Of a DNA stretch of 64,000 nt, positions 33,155 through 44,268 are shown in pieces (within the stretch, counting starts at the first letter, position 1; every line of letters begins with the position of its first letter). Below the pieces are notes generated by a model that was not told where the DNA came from, did no database searches, and was given only the letters and a program-made list of their open reading frames with translations. Source of the stretch: Carpediemonas membranifera BICM (taxonomy: Eukaryota; Protista; Fornicata); assembly GCA_019828565.1 (NCBI GenBank), contig JAHDYR010000003.1, positions 722,104 through 786,103 of the forward strand, read 5' to 3'. The position numbers and the translations under genes were made by a program.

Positions 33155-36109
33155 ATGTGCTGGCTTCCAGCATCCGTCCTTCTCTTGTTCCTGATCATCC
33201 AACAAGTTTATGCTGTTGAAACCATTAGAATCATTACGAACAACTACCAAACAGCAGATAACGTTGAATCTCTCGTCGCAGCCTTCAACAATGAGTATGA
33301 AGGCCAGTACTCCGCAACCCTCACCCGCTCAAACAACGGCGCGGAGTATGTTACCGAGCTTAAGTCGATCTTGATGAACAACGAGAATCTCTACGACGTG
33401 ATGTACTTCTCGATGAACAGCATGGTCGACCTCCTCCTAGCTGGCGTAGACAGCGACGATTCCAGAGAGAAGTGGAACTTCAAGGCTATCGACGACTACG
33501 TGGGAAGCTCTACGACCATCAACTGGGAGGACATCAACTTCTTCTCTCGCTACTACGGCACCCGCTTTGCGATGGAGACGTTCTTCGTGCCCTTCGACGG
33601 CGACTACCACTTCTTGCACTACAGATCCGACGTCCTTAGCAAGTACGGCATCTCCCCGCCCGAGACGCTGTCCGACGTCCTCACCGTCTCTCAAACGCTG
33701 CATGCCTCGGCTATGGCCGCTACCGACGGTGATCCCGACTTCCCCATCTGCCTGGTGTGTTCAGGGGACGAGTACAGCGGGCCCTTCATGATCGACTTCA
33801 TCGCCCCCTTTACCCAGTACGAGGGGACAACGCAGGGCGCGTTCTTTGATTCGGGAGACCTCGACAGTCTCCTCAGCTCAGAGGGCGGTAAGGAGGCCAT
33901 TCAGCTGTTCAAGGAGGTCTACCAGTACTCGTGGCCCGCCGTTGTCGGCGACTCAAGCGGCATCGGCGACCTGCTCAACCAGCGAGCGGCCTATCTGAAC
34001 GGTTCGTGCGCCATGATCGTCGACTGGGCAGACATGTTCTTCCTACCCCTCTCGGACGGCACGGCGGCCGTCGCCGCCAACACTGCCCACTCATTGATGC
34101 CCGGGTCCACCCGTGTGTTCAACAGAGCCGCGGGACATGTCGAGACGTGCACCGCTGACCTCTGCCCCTACGCCACCGCGGCATCGAGTGGGGACCTCAT
34201 CAACACGGCCCCCTACGCGGCCAACGGGGGCTGGGGCATGGCGATCCCGGCCATGTCCGACCGTTCTGATGCGGCCTGGGCGTTCATCGAGTTCGCCAAC
34301 ACACCCTCCCGCATCAACCCGTACACGCTCAACGGAAAGGGATGGGAGCCGTTCCGGTCGAGCGTCATTGACGAATCTGCGCTCAGTCTGTGGGAGGCGG
34401 CGGGCTTCACTGAGGCCCAGTTCGACTCGACTGTCTCTGCTCTCTCCGCCTTCATGGCGCACGGCAACGTGGCCCTCGAGCCCCGTATACCCGGGTTGAC
34501 TGAGTATCTGGCGGCGATGGCCACCTACCTCGGGCCATATGTCACGAACGCCACCGATGACGTCGACCAGGCCCTTTCCGACCTGGATACCGCCATCGAG
34601 GCGATCACGGACAGCTACGGCCGCAGCGACCAGTTGAAATACTACCGCATGAACCTTAACATCGACCCACTGACCCTCGAGGAGCTCGACATTCTCTTCA
34701 TCGTCCTGGGCATCATCGTCATGACTCTGGCACTGCTTCTAACCTGCACCATGATGCCCATCACTGTCTTCTTCGGCTTCATCAAGAACGACGGCAACTT
34801 CAGGCTCGCGTCGCCCTCTTTCCTGCTCGTGGTCAACGTCGGCTGTCTCGTCCTGGGTGTCAGCGAGCTCGTCCACGTCGCCACCTTCCGCTACCCCGGC
34901 TTCCTGATCTGCACCGTGCGGCACCTCCTGTTCCTTCTTGGATTCTGTACTATCCTCGGCGCTCTCTTCACCAAGCAGTTCCGCCTGGCCTTTATCCTCA
35001 TCATGACTGGCCGTGCTAAGCGCACCGGCCGCAAGTTCAAGGTCATGACGGACCTGCAGCTTGTCCCCGTCTTCCTCACCTTCATGCCCCTGCCCTTCCT
35101 TATCGTGCTCGCCCGTGTGCTCCTGGACCCGCTTAGAGCCGAGTACGTCACCCTCACTACGTACACGGAGTGCCAGGTGTGCCGCTCGGTGTACAACGAG
35201 AGCTGGTTCGTGGTAGCGATCGTCACGGGCGTCCTCTACCTCCTGCCCAACGCCGTGCTTGTCTTCATCACCAGGAAGCTGCCCATAAGTGAGAACAAGG
35301 TCCTCGCCCTCTCCATTGAGATCATCGCGGTTATCATGGTCGTATACGGCCTCGTCGAGCTCATCACTGACGACCCGCTCATTCCGCCAGCGTACACGCC
35401 CACCATCCTCGCCGCAGGCATCATCCTGCTGCAGCTCGTGACATTCGCCCCCAAGTTGTGGAAGGTCCTGCGCCGCCAGCCTCTGTCCAAGCGTGACTTC
35501 CGCATCCTCGTCGGTGAGGGCATGGACGTCGCCTCAGGATACGTCATGTGCCCTTGCGGCTGCGGGCACGCCTTCACGGTCGCCGGGAACCGCATCCAAA
35601 AGAGCGAGTACGACCATTACACCGACAGCGCGGCCTCGACGTCCTCCCGCGGCCGTGCTCGGTCGATCCGGTCGGTGTTGTCGTCCGCGATGAGGTCTGA
35701 GGACCACCACCCCGCCGCCAAGGCCTGCTACCCCTCCATGGGCATGGACGCGGTGTTCCCTCTGTTTGACGCGGACGGGAACGTCGTAGACCCCGAGACT
35801 GTCGATATGTCGAGCTTCATCACGAAGGACATGGTCGACCGCCTCATGGCCACGCGACACTCAACCGAGGACGGGCTGGAGGAGTATGACATCGAGGTGC
35901 TCGAGGACGGCCACTCCAGCGGTGCCCAGTGCTTCGCCAACGACTCGTCCGGCCATGCATACAGCTCCAGCGACGGCCAGGCAACCCCCGACGGCCGCGT
36001 GACTGGCGTGCTACGGACAGAGACCGCCGAGCAGTCCCTACCCGAGGCGGGGTTCATGGAGGCCCCGGACGACGACAGCGTTGTCACTGTCGGCGACGAC
36101 AACGTGTAA
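33155..36109 (+). CDS. Class C (7tm_3)-like GPCR with extracellular solute-binding-protein family 1 ectodomain
   Basis: Signal peptide; SBP motifs (VPFDGDYHFLHYRSD, PPET, GGWGMAI, AAWAFIEF); 7TM with ASPSFL and C..R...LGF....GALFTK.FRL. Confidence 0.75.
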   Translation: MCWLPASVLLLFLIIQQVYAVETIRIITNNYQTADNVESLVAAFNNEYEGQYSATLTRSNNGAEYVTELKSILMNNENLYDVMYFSMNSMVDLLLAGVDSDDSREKWNFKAIDDYVGSSTTINWEDINFFSRYYGTRFAMETFFVPFDGDYHFLHYRSDVLSKYGISPPETLSDVLTVSQTLHASAMAATDGDPDFPICLVCSGDEYSGPFMIDFIAPFTQYEGTTQGAFFDSGDLDSLLSSEGGKEAIQLFKEVYQYSWPAVVGDSSGIGDLLNQRAAYLNGSCAMIVDWADMFFLPLSDGTAAVAANTAHSLMPGSTRVFNRAAGHVETCTADLCPYATAASSGDLINTAPYAANGGWGMAIPAMSDRSDAAWAFIEFANTPSRINPYTLNGKGWEPFRSSVIDESALSLWEAAGFTEAQFDSTVSALSAFMAHGNVALEPRIPGLTEYLAAMATYLGPYVTNATDDVDQALSDLDTAIEAITDSYGRSDQLKYYRMNLNIDPLTLEELDILFIVLGIIVMTLALLLTCTMMPITVFFGFIKNDGNFRLASPSFLLVVNVGCLVLGVSELVHVATFRYPGFLICTVRHLLFLLGFCTILGALFTKQFRLAFILIMTGRAKRTGRKFKVMTDLQLVPVFLTFMPLPFLIVLARVLLDPLRAEYVTLTTYTECQVCRSVYNESWFVVAIVTGVLYLLPNAVLVFITRKLPISENKVLALSIEIIAVIMVVYGLVELITDDPLIPPAYTPTILAAGIILLQLVTFAPKLWKVLRRQPLSKRDFRILVGEGMDVASGYVMCPCGCGHAFTVAGNRIQKSEYDHYTDSAASTSSRGRARSIRSVLSSAMRSEDHHPAAKACYPSMGMDAVFPLFDADGNVVDPETVDMSSFITKDMVDRLMATRHSTEDGLEEYDIEVLEDGHSSGAQCFANDSSGHAYSSSDGQATPDGRVTGVLRTETAEQSLPEAGFMEAPDDDSVVTVGDDNV

Positions 36110-36300
36110 TGCGCTGGTGATACATACCAGCGCCATATGTAACATTCAATGTAAATACCGTAGACTGGCCGGTCTCTCCCAAGGTCTCCCAAGTGGTTCG
36201 ATGCTGCTTCAACAATATGTGCATGTGCGGGTTGATCCTCACAGGAAGAGGAGCCAGCCGCTGGCAAGGTCACGTCAGGACGTGATGAAGGGCACTCGCT

Positions 36301-37059
36301 ATGCATGTTTTGCGACGTGTACATAACATGGCATGTATACGCATAAATCGATTTGACAGTAGTAGAGACATGAGTACAACCGTGGCCAGGCAGCTTCAGC
36401 CTCAAACAAAAGGCCCAAAAGATGTTAGACTGGTTGCAAAGCCGATTGACCACTCTATCAATATTGTACCACAAACCAAAGCCGCAGTAACCGCGTTTTG
36501 CACAGAAATAGCTAGCGTTGCGAAAACAGGCGTCTTGTGCCGGACATCTGAGGTCACTGTTGCCGATCTTACAAAGCATACTAAGTTAGAAGGCCGCTTA
36601 GTGAAGGGTGCGCTTGTTGCGATCAACGACATCAAGAACCAAAGCGAGGCGGACTTCGGCCCCGTTTCAGACCTCAACGCTCGCCTAAAGGACATCAACG
36701 AGGAGATATCACAGAATCTGAAGAACCTCGAGGCCACATTGGGTGAGCGGGAGGCGCAGCAGTCGGAGAAGTATCTCGCCGAGAAGCGGCAGATGACCGC
36801 CGAGGCCGAGGCATACAGGCGTGCCTTCTTGCCCTCCTTCGACTCCCTCCACGCCCGGCACGCGGCCCAGCAGAGTGCCAGGGCCGAAGCGCTACGGGGG
36901 CAGCTGCATGAGCTCGACGTGGCGCTGTCTGTGGCGACCGCGCGGGAGGAGGACAGGCAGAAGTGGGTCGCCGCGGCCAAGCACGAGCGGATCCAGGCGC
37001 TGAGAGACGGGCGGCAGGCGAGCGTGACGACGAATGACCTGCTCAGCCTGTTCGAGTAG
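36301..37059 (+). CDS. Hypothetical coiled-coil protein
   Basis: 252-aa ORF, helical charged C-terminal half. Start uncertain. Confidence 0.55.
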   Translation: MHVLRRVHNMACIRINRFDSSRDMSTTVARQLQPQTKGPKDVRLVAKPIDHSINIVPQTKAAVTAFCTEIASVAKTGVLCRTSEVTVADLTKHTKLEGRLVKGALVAINDIKNQSEADFGPVSDLNARLKDINEEISQNLKNLEATLGEREAQQSEKYLAEKRQMTAEAEAYRRAFLPSFDSLHARHAAQQSARAEALRGQLHELDVALSVATAREEDRQKWVAAAKHERIQALRDGRQASVTTNDLLSLFE

Positions 37060-37481
37060 GATAAATAGGCTAGTAGTAGTAATGCTAGTAGTAATGGCTA
37101 GTAGGATAGGCCATGGCAGGATGTCATTACAGCTTGTTGTCGAGAGTAATGGAAAATTGTGGAATCTGTTTTGGATTTAGAATCGAACGTATCAATCGTA
37201 TCGGACGTATCTTTTCTCATTCGGCACGGTGGGGGAAGATTCAGCGATGGTGTTACTATGGGATGCTCGGGCCCCCATTCCTGCGGTCGATCCATCGTTG
37301 GACTTCGGTGACAGCGTCAGAATGTTTCCCTCATCCGCCCTCCACACTCCTTCAGCACAGACTCGTTTGCTGAGTGTTGCGCATGGTTTAGAAGCCCTCT
37401 CTGGCTCTATGGGCCAAAAGATGCTCGGGCGGTCGGTGCAGTTTAGCCATTGGAAGAACACTTCTTCTTGTTGCTCGGGGA

Positions 37482-40400
37482 ATGAACCGACGCCCAACAG
37501 ACGCTGTCGAAGAAGAATCTTCATGGGAAATGCGATGGGAGACGTCAGCGTGGTCGAACGCACAGTTCAAGTCATTCTTCAACGATCTAAAGGAGGTTAG
37601 ATCATACAAGACAGTCCGGAGCAGCATCCTCGCGCCCTCGTCCATATTTTTTCGTGATTCAGGCACATACAACGTCCCTTTAGAGCTTAAAGTGAAGTTT
37701 GACTCCAAGGACAGGCAATCGCGCGCTCTCGTTCACTACCCGTCTGATTTCTGGACAGCGACGCCCCACAGGCTGACATCGCTCCTCATCAACCTTGTAG
37801 ACGCGATACATCTCCTTCATTCCCACTCCCCACCCATATACTACCGTTCCTTCGACCCTGCGTTCTTCTTTATCAAGACAAACGGCACACTAGAGCTCCT
37901 CCCCATCGGAATAGGGCCGCCGCGTTCAATGAACGAGTTCCCCAATGTCTCCAACCCCGACCTCCGGGCCTTAGCACTCGACCCAGCCATGAAGATGCGG
38001 CTCCCGACGGATCACGGCGAGGGGGCCTTCACCGTCTCTACAGACCTCGTCCAGTTCGGGATGTTCGTGATGACGCTGCTCGTGGGCCACCCCTGGTCGT
38101 TCCCCGACACCCTGACCGAGCGGATCATCTCTGGCTCGGGCATGCGGGTGTTGCGGATGCCGTCAGACGCAGACCTGCGGGCGACTATATTCCACGCATT
38201 CAGGGACAAGGAGCCCGTGCAGGGTAAGCCCGCCGTCCGTGTGTCCGACGCCTTCAAGGAGCTCTTCTTCAACATGGTCTACCGCCTCCTCTACCTCGCC
38301 TCCCCTTACGTCTCCTTTGGGGAGCTCGCCAAGGACCTCCAAACACTCCACTCCCTGCCCAACGACGCCCCCGGTGTGCAGAGGTCACAACCGATGGCGG
38401 ACTTCCTCGACGAGCTCTTCGTGGGTCGAGCTGCCCACGTGCGGTCGGCCGTGGCGTTCGTCCGCTCCGACAACGGACTAGACAGCGACTCCGACGACTC
38501 CATAGACTCCGAGAGCGTGCCCATCGCCGAGCAGGAGCAGCCCATGGTGCTGGAGGTCGAGCGGCGGTCGTCCCGTGGCATCTTCAGTCCCAGTGTGATC
38601 GACGACTTGTCGGACGACTACGACGAGTACGACGGCGAAGAGTACGACCAGGAGTACAGCGATAGCTCCTCGGGCATCAGCGTCGACTCGCACGGCTTCT
38701 TCCACGGCCTTGGCGAGCTGAACTTCGACGCGCCGCCCCTCCCGCCCCGGTCGAAGTTCCTGCTCGTCACGGGCCGCCCCGGGTTCGGTGTGACGAAGTT
38801 CCTATGGGCCGTCGCCAAGGAGGTCTCGACCGCCGGCACGCACCACGTGGTGATGCTGTCGCCGAACAACACCCCCGCCCGGCCGCTGAGCCTGGTTTAC
38901 GCGGCCATCGAGGAGATCGTGCCGCTGCTGATCAACTGGGGCCCGCCGGTCTTGGAAATGCTCAAGCCCGAGACCCACGCCATGCTGTGCACCAGATTCG
39001 GCATGCACCGAGACCTGCTGACCGTGGCCGAGGCAGAGGTCGCCCCGCCCAACGAGGGGATGCTGGACATCGTCAGGGCCCTCACGGCCGTCGGTCAGGA
39101 CATATTCATCGCCATCGACGACATCCACCGCTGCTCGAAGGACGACGCGTTCTTCTTCTCCTCCATGCTGGCCGAGAAGGAGCTGCAGCTCAGTCTGGCC
39201 GTCGGTCTTGTCCAGTACGACCGGACGCACAAGAGAGCGCTGCCCCGGGCCATCCGAGAGGCGTACCAGACCGCCATCGGCATGTCTCAATCAGTTGATG
39301 TGTCCATGCAAATGCAGATCACCCTGGGCCCACTGACGACGCACGACATCCTGCCTTTCGTGGAGATGCTCGAGATCCACTCCGGGACCAGCCGCGAGGA
39401 CGTCGCCGAGAAGCTGAGGGAGGCGTGCAAGGGCGTCCCCGCAGGTCTCCAGAAGGTGCTCAGGATCCTCGCAGTCAACAACGCTTTCGGGTGCCACCGC
39501 GGGTCAGGGCGCTGGGTACTCCATGCCAACGCCATCGCCAAGGCCGCTGCGGCCACGAGCAGCCGTCTGACTGCCCGCTACACGATCCCCCGCCGAGACA
39601 CCGAGGCGACGGCGTGGATCGTGGCCACACGTGCTGCGGTGCTGGGGTCGACCTTCAGTAACGACCAGCTCGTGGAGTACTTCAAGATGAGCAAGCTGGC
39701 CGAGGACCGCGAGCTGGACACCGAGAACAACCGCGTGCTGTTCGTACTGCTCAACCTCGTGTCCGAGTACCGCATCCTCGTGGCGGACCAAGCCTCGGCC
39801 TCTGGGTCCCAGATGTTCTCGTTCGTCACCCAGCGTGCCCGAGAGGACGTGCTGGCGACCGTGAGCGACGGTGCGATGGAGTACATCCAGTACAACATGG
39901 GGAGGTACTTCACGGCCGTCATCAAGCGGCAGAAGGGCAACAAGGACGTCAACAGCAGTACGAGCAACTTCATCCAGCTGTCCCACTACAACCGGGCCGT
40001 CTCCCTCGTCAAGGAGTCCAACCGCATCCGCCTCGCCTCCATGAACTACAAAGCTGGCAAGGAGGCGCTCAAGGGCGCTGCGGTGGAGGCGGCGCTGCAC
40101 TACTTCACGGCTGGGCTGAGTCTGCTGTCGACCGTGAAGGCCTTGCCCGAGGACTTCAAGCAGCTGCCCTGGAACCTCGTTGTCGAGTCCGTCGAGTGCT
40201 CTTTCGTGCTGGGGCAGGCCAGTGAGACCTCACAGAGGCTGACTGCGGCCCGCAAGCATGCCAAGACGATGCACCAGAAGCTGTACCTCACGATCCGGCA
40301 GATGAGGCTGCACACTTCACTCGGGAACCCCAAGACGGCGCTGGACGAGGGGTTCAAGGCGCTGATGAAGGACGGCATGCTCAAGCCCCCCTCTGTCGGG

Positions 40401-42017
40401 CTGTCCGTGCGGGCAGAGGTCCACGAGCTGTACAAGGGGCTCGACACCCACGTCCCCGTCGACAACAAGACGCTGAACTTTATCAAGAGCACGCCTGTCA
40501 CCCTGACCCGGGTCAATGACTCTGGGCCGACGACCAAGTCGCCCGCGCTGCTCCAGATCTTCGACTCGTGCGTCGAGTGCGGTCGTCTAGAGCAGGGTCT
40601 CTCGTACATTCTCGCCACCCCACAGGGCGTCATCGCGGGCCGAGGCGAGGACCTGACCCCCGAGGTCCTGCTTTCGTGGCTCATTTACGGCTGCATGAGG
40701 CTGTGGCGTAACAGCGAGGTCAGCCAGACGTGGCTCTTCCTAAAGGCCGTGATGAAGACCCTCGAGGAGCGGTGCCCGTCCAACTACTACCGCCAGGCCC
40801 TCATTTATCATATACGTTTTGCCGCGATATATCGTCGGACACCCGAGAAGATCATCTCTCTGCTAGTGCAGGCCGAGTGTCTCGCGCTCGAGGAGAAGGC
40901 CCTCGCAGACTGCGGCAAGTGCTTGCTCGAGCGGCTCAAATTCATGTTCTTCCTCGGCGGTCCAGTCGGAGTAACCTGCGCGGACGCCTCGTCGGCCTCC
41001 TCCCTCATTGCCCGGGTCCGTTCGAGGGCCCTCAGCAGGCCGACGACCGTGATCCACCAGCTGCTCCAGAACATGCTGAGCGCCCGCGCCGATATCGACA
41101 GCGTCGTCGGGGCCGGCCGAGTCGCGGACGTCATCAGCGTCCACGCGGAGCTGATGAAGAGCGAGGACGCTCCAAATGCCTTCACGGCCACCCTCGCGAT
41201 CCAGCTGGCCCTCATCCTGACGTGGGACCTGCCTGCCGTCGCCGCAGGCATCAGCCTGCTAGCGGACAAGCTCGAGGTGGCCTGGTGCACCGGCCTCGCG
41301 GTCCACTACCTCGCGATGATGTCGATCTCTCGACACATTACCGCGTTCGGGTCGAGCACCAGCAGAGCGACGGCGTGCCTGGCCGATATGGACACCGTCA
41401 AGAACATTACCGCGAACGGCGCGTACCGCTTTGTCGAGGCGGTGTTGGCAGCGCTGTACATCCATGCCTCGAGCGGGCCATCCAGGGCGCTGCGGGCGTT
41501 GCTCGCCGCCCAGGAGGAGGACGCACCCCCGCTGTGGGCGGCCATCATCAGCATGCTCATCGCCCAGGCCGCCGTCCAGTGCGACGACTCGGCCTGCGCC
41601 AGGGCGTTCGCTGACGAGGCCCTAACCACGCTGAAGGAGGCCAGTGCCGAGGGCGTTGTCGCGTTACTCCAGCCCCGACTCGACGCCGTGGTCGACCGGC
41701 CCCGGCGGGTCGTCACCCAGACCGTGGAGGAGGTCGACCTCTTTGCCACACCCGCTAGCCATGCCCCCGCGGTGGTCGATGCGGCAGTAGCACCGGACCA
41801 GACACTCTGGACACCGCACGCCCGCGAGGACGCGACGGCAAAGACTCCCGGCCGGGGGCTGTCGTCGGTCGGGTCCAGGAGCGATGACACCGGCCTGCTG
41901 GACGCCCTGAGCGACCGAGTGGTGGCGGACTATTACGGCTCTGTGGCCCACTCGGAGGACGCCCTCAGCTTCCCCAGCGAGAGCTACACCAGTTTTGATT
42001 ACGTTGCGATTTATTAG
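37482..42017 (+). CDS. Pseudokinase + STAND/AAA_16-like NTPase + helical repeat protein
   Basis: Kinase-like N-terminus (LHSHSPPIYYR, STDLVQFG), degenerate P-loop GRPGFGVT, Walker-B IAIDDIH, and MNYKAGKEA...AALHYFTAGLSLL typical of kinase-AAA sensor proteins. Confidence 0.65.
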   Translation: MNRRPTDAVEEESSWEMRWETSAWSNAQFKSFFNDLKEVRSYKTVRSSILAPSSIFFRDSGTYNVPLELKVKFDSKDRQSRALVHYPSDFWTATPHRLTSLLINLVDAIHLLHSHSPPIYYRSFDPAFFFIKTNGTLELLPIGIGPPRSMNEFPNVSNPDLRALALDPAMKMRLPTDHGEGAFTVSTDLVQFGMFVMTLLVGHPWSFPDTLTERIISGSGMRVLRMPSDADLRATIFHAFRDKEPVQGKPAVRVSDAFKELFFNMVYRLLYLASPYVSFGELAKDLQTLHSLPNDAPGVQRSQPMADFLDELFVGRAAHVRSAVAFVRSDNGLDSDSDDSIDSESVPIAEQEQPMVLEVERRSSRGIFSPSVIDDLSDDYDEYDGEEYDQEYSDSSSGISVDSHGFFHGLGELNFDAPPLPPRSKFLLVTGRPGFGVTKFLWAVAKEVSTAGTHHVVMLSPNNTPARPLSLVYAAIEEIVPLLINWGPPVLEMLKPETHAMLCTRFGMHRDLLTVAEAEVAPPNEGMLDIVRALTAVGQDIFIAIDDIHRCSKDDAFFFSSMLAEKELQLSLAVGLVQYDRTHKRALPRAIREAYQTAIGMSQSVDVSMQMQITLGPLTTHDILPFVEMLEIHSGTSREDVAEKLREACKGVPAGLQKVLRILAVNNAFGCHRGSGRWVLHANAIAKAAAATSSRLTARYTIPRRDTEATAWIVATRAAVLGSTFSNDQLVEYFKMSKLAEDRELDTENNRVLFVLLNLVSEYRILVADQASASGSQMFSFVTQRAREDVLATVSDGAMEYIQYNMGRYFTAVIKRQKGNKDVNSSTSNFIQLSHYNRAVSLVKESNRIRLASMNYKAGKEALKGAAVEAALHYFTAGLSLLSTVKALPEDFKQLPWNLVVESVECSFVLGQASETSQRLTAARKHAKTMHQKLYLTIRQMRLHTSLGNPKTALDEGFKALMKDGMLKPPSVGLSVRAEVHELYKGLDTHVPVDNKTLNFIKSTPVTLTRVNDSGPTTKSPALLQIFDSCVECGRLEQGLSYILATPQGVIAGRGEDLTPEVLLSWLIYGCMRLWRNSEVSQTWLFLKAVMKTLEERCPSNYYRQALIYHIRFAAIYRRTPEKIISLLVQAECLALEEKALADCGKCLLERLKFMFFLGGPVGVTCADASSASSLIARVRSRALSRPTTVIHQLLQNMLSARADIDSVVGAGRVADVISVHAELMKSEDAPNAFTATLAIQLALILTWDLPAVAAGISLLADKLEVAWCTGLAVHYLAMMSISRHITAFGSSTSRATACLADMDTVKNITANGAYRFVEAVLAALYIHASSGPSRALRALLAAQEEDAPPLWAAIISMLIAQAAVQCDDSACARAFADEALTTLKEASAEGVVALLQPRLDAVVDRPRRVVTQTVEEVDLFATPASHAPAVVDAAVAPDQTLWTPHAREDATAKTPGRGLSSVGSRSDDTGLLDALSDRVVADYYGSVAHSEDALSFPSESYTSFDYVAIY

Positions 42018-42347
42018 ACTTATTAGGCTATCCTGTATCTTACAGCTAGTGTCGAATCAGGTAAACTCGAGTTGTTTGCTGCCAACTCGCAATGAAAATG
42101 CGGGCTCGATCGATCTGGTCGGGTCCTGCTGTACCATGATGATGACTGGAAGTGCATGATGGTGGCGTCCGAGTTCACTAGACGGCCATGGAGAGGTGTG
42201 GTCGCGACAGGCTAAACTGCACTTCTTTTCGCCAAGCCTGGCAGTGTGCGTCTACCAAAGCGGAGCTACAGAGCACCGTTAGGCACCTGAAGGGGAGGTT
42301 GACTGAAAGTTCTCTCGAATATTTGGTCCAATAACACAACGGCCACA

Positions 42348-44018
42348 ATGGCTCAATCCGCGAGCTCTTCCAGTTCAAAGCTCCGAGCTGAGCTTAGCAA
42401 GGTATCAAGAGATTATCAACTCACGCAAAGGTCCCTTGAGCGAAGCCAGGAGCTGCGCGCCAACTTGGAGGCGCAAGTGAACGAACAAGTTTGTTACAGG
42501 CGTTAATACCTCCCAAATCCAGTAACATAGAAGATACACATCAGGAAAATGGAGCAAAAGCTCTCCAGGGAGTCTCAGCTAAGCGGCCTTGGGAAAGCAA
42601 CGAACAAGATCCTGAAACTTCGGGAGGAACAGCAGCAGGACCGGCATGTCATCCGGGCCCAGGACGAGGAGATCTCCCGGCTCCAGAGGGAGCTGCAGAT
42701 CGTGAACGACGCCCTCTGCACGAAGGAGGAGGACCTCGGGCTGGACCCAGTTGAGAGCCTCGAGGATTCCCTGCTGTACGCGCTGTCACAGGCCAAGGTC
42801 GACTACGACAATGCGATGCTGCAGCTGAGGCACGCTGAAGAGGAGCTCCAGGTCCAGCGGGAGCGGACCGAGGGGCTCGAGGCCGACCTGCAGACCACCG
42901 AGGAGGAGGCGGGCGAGCTAAGGGCCGAGGTCGAGCAGCTCAAGGCTGAACTAGCAGCCGAGAAGCGCCGCAGCACGCAGTTCGGGTCAAAGGTGACGAG
43001 CCTGGAGCAGCAGCTGGAGGCGATCGAGGACGAGAACGCAGCCCTGTCAGAGGCTACCAGGGAGCTGCAGGCGACGCTGGAGCAGAACGAACGCAGTGTA
43101 GCAGATGTGCAGTACGAGTCGAACTCCCAGAAGATGATGTACGACGAGTTGCTCCACAGGTTCGACCGTAAGACGACCGAGCTGAAGGACCTCCACGACA
43201 AGTATGACTCGCTACAGGCTGAGCACGTCACCGACATCGAAACATTTGCTACTGAGCGCGAGGACCTCGAGAGCATTCTCGACCAGCTGCAGCGTGAGGT
43301 CCAGCGGGCCCAGGAGGACGGCGAGGCCTACAGAGCCAGGGCTGACGACGTCAGGATCCAGATTAGCGGGGCACAGGCCGAGGCTGACCACATGCGACGG
43401 GAGCTGGCGGACTACAAGGCCGGGCATGGCCAGTTGGAGCGGGAGCTGGAGAAGGCCAACCGCAAGACCGCGCAGCTGCAGGCGGCGCTCGACCAGGAGG
43501 TATCTGCCAAGAAAGAGCATGCCACGGAGCGGAGGCGGCTGGCCGATACAGCGGATGACACGAGTCGCAAGGTCGCCATGCTCGAGGCCCAGGTCCGCGA
43601 GCTGAAGGAGGAGAAGGACGCGCTCAGGACGGCGAAGAGCCAGCTGCAGCAGACCCTGCTCCGGGAGATCAGGGCGCTGAGATCGGGCCAGACGATGCCC
43701 GTGTCCGGCGCCGAGAGCTCGCTGAGGACGCCCGGGGTGCCGAGGAAGGTTGCATCGACGGGTGGTATTAACGCCGCGGTGGCGGCATACCGTCAGCAGA
43801 ACGCATCGACCAACATCCCCGCTCATACATGGTCTGAAGTGGACGAGCCTGTCAAGCCTGTCACCAACAAGGTAGCCGACGCCGCGACCCGCGCCCACAA
43901 CCTCGAGGCCTTGAGGGCCATGGCCGGGCGGAGTCGGGCCGCGGCCCTGCAGAGCCCTGAACCCGATCAAATTGTGCAGTTTGATGGGGGACACACACTG
44001 CTCGAGATTTCCCAATAG
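42348..44018 (+). CDS. Coiled-coil protein; 42-nt intron 42489-42530
   Basis: Upstream exon from ATG 42348 joins ORF 42549 in frame via GTTTGT...GTAACATAG. Confidence 0.75.
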
Positions 44019-44268
44019 ATTTGATGTCCTAGCTGTCGATTAAACGATGTTCCGAGCATGATTCTCATGTTTCCCGATCTGGCTCTCCAGGCCCGGCTTG
44101 AGAACCTGGCGCAGCCGGGCGATGCAGTGGCTGGGTATAGTTGCTGGTTCCTGGTTCATAAACGTCCCGTATGGCCCGAAATACAGGCAATTAGCGGCCC
44201 TGGCCTAACCTGCATTCCTGTCGTTCAGAATCGTTGGCAGAACAGCGATTGCTGAATAAGAGCGCAGG

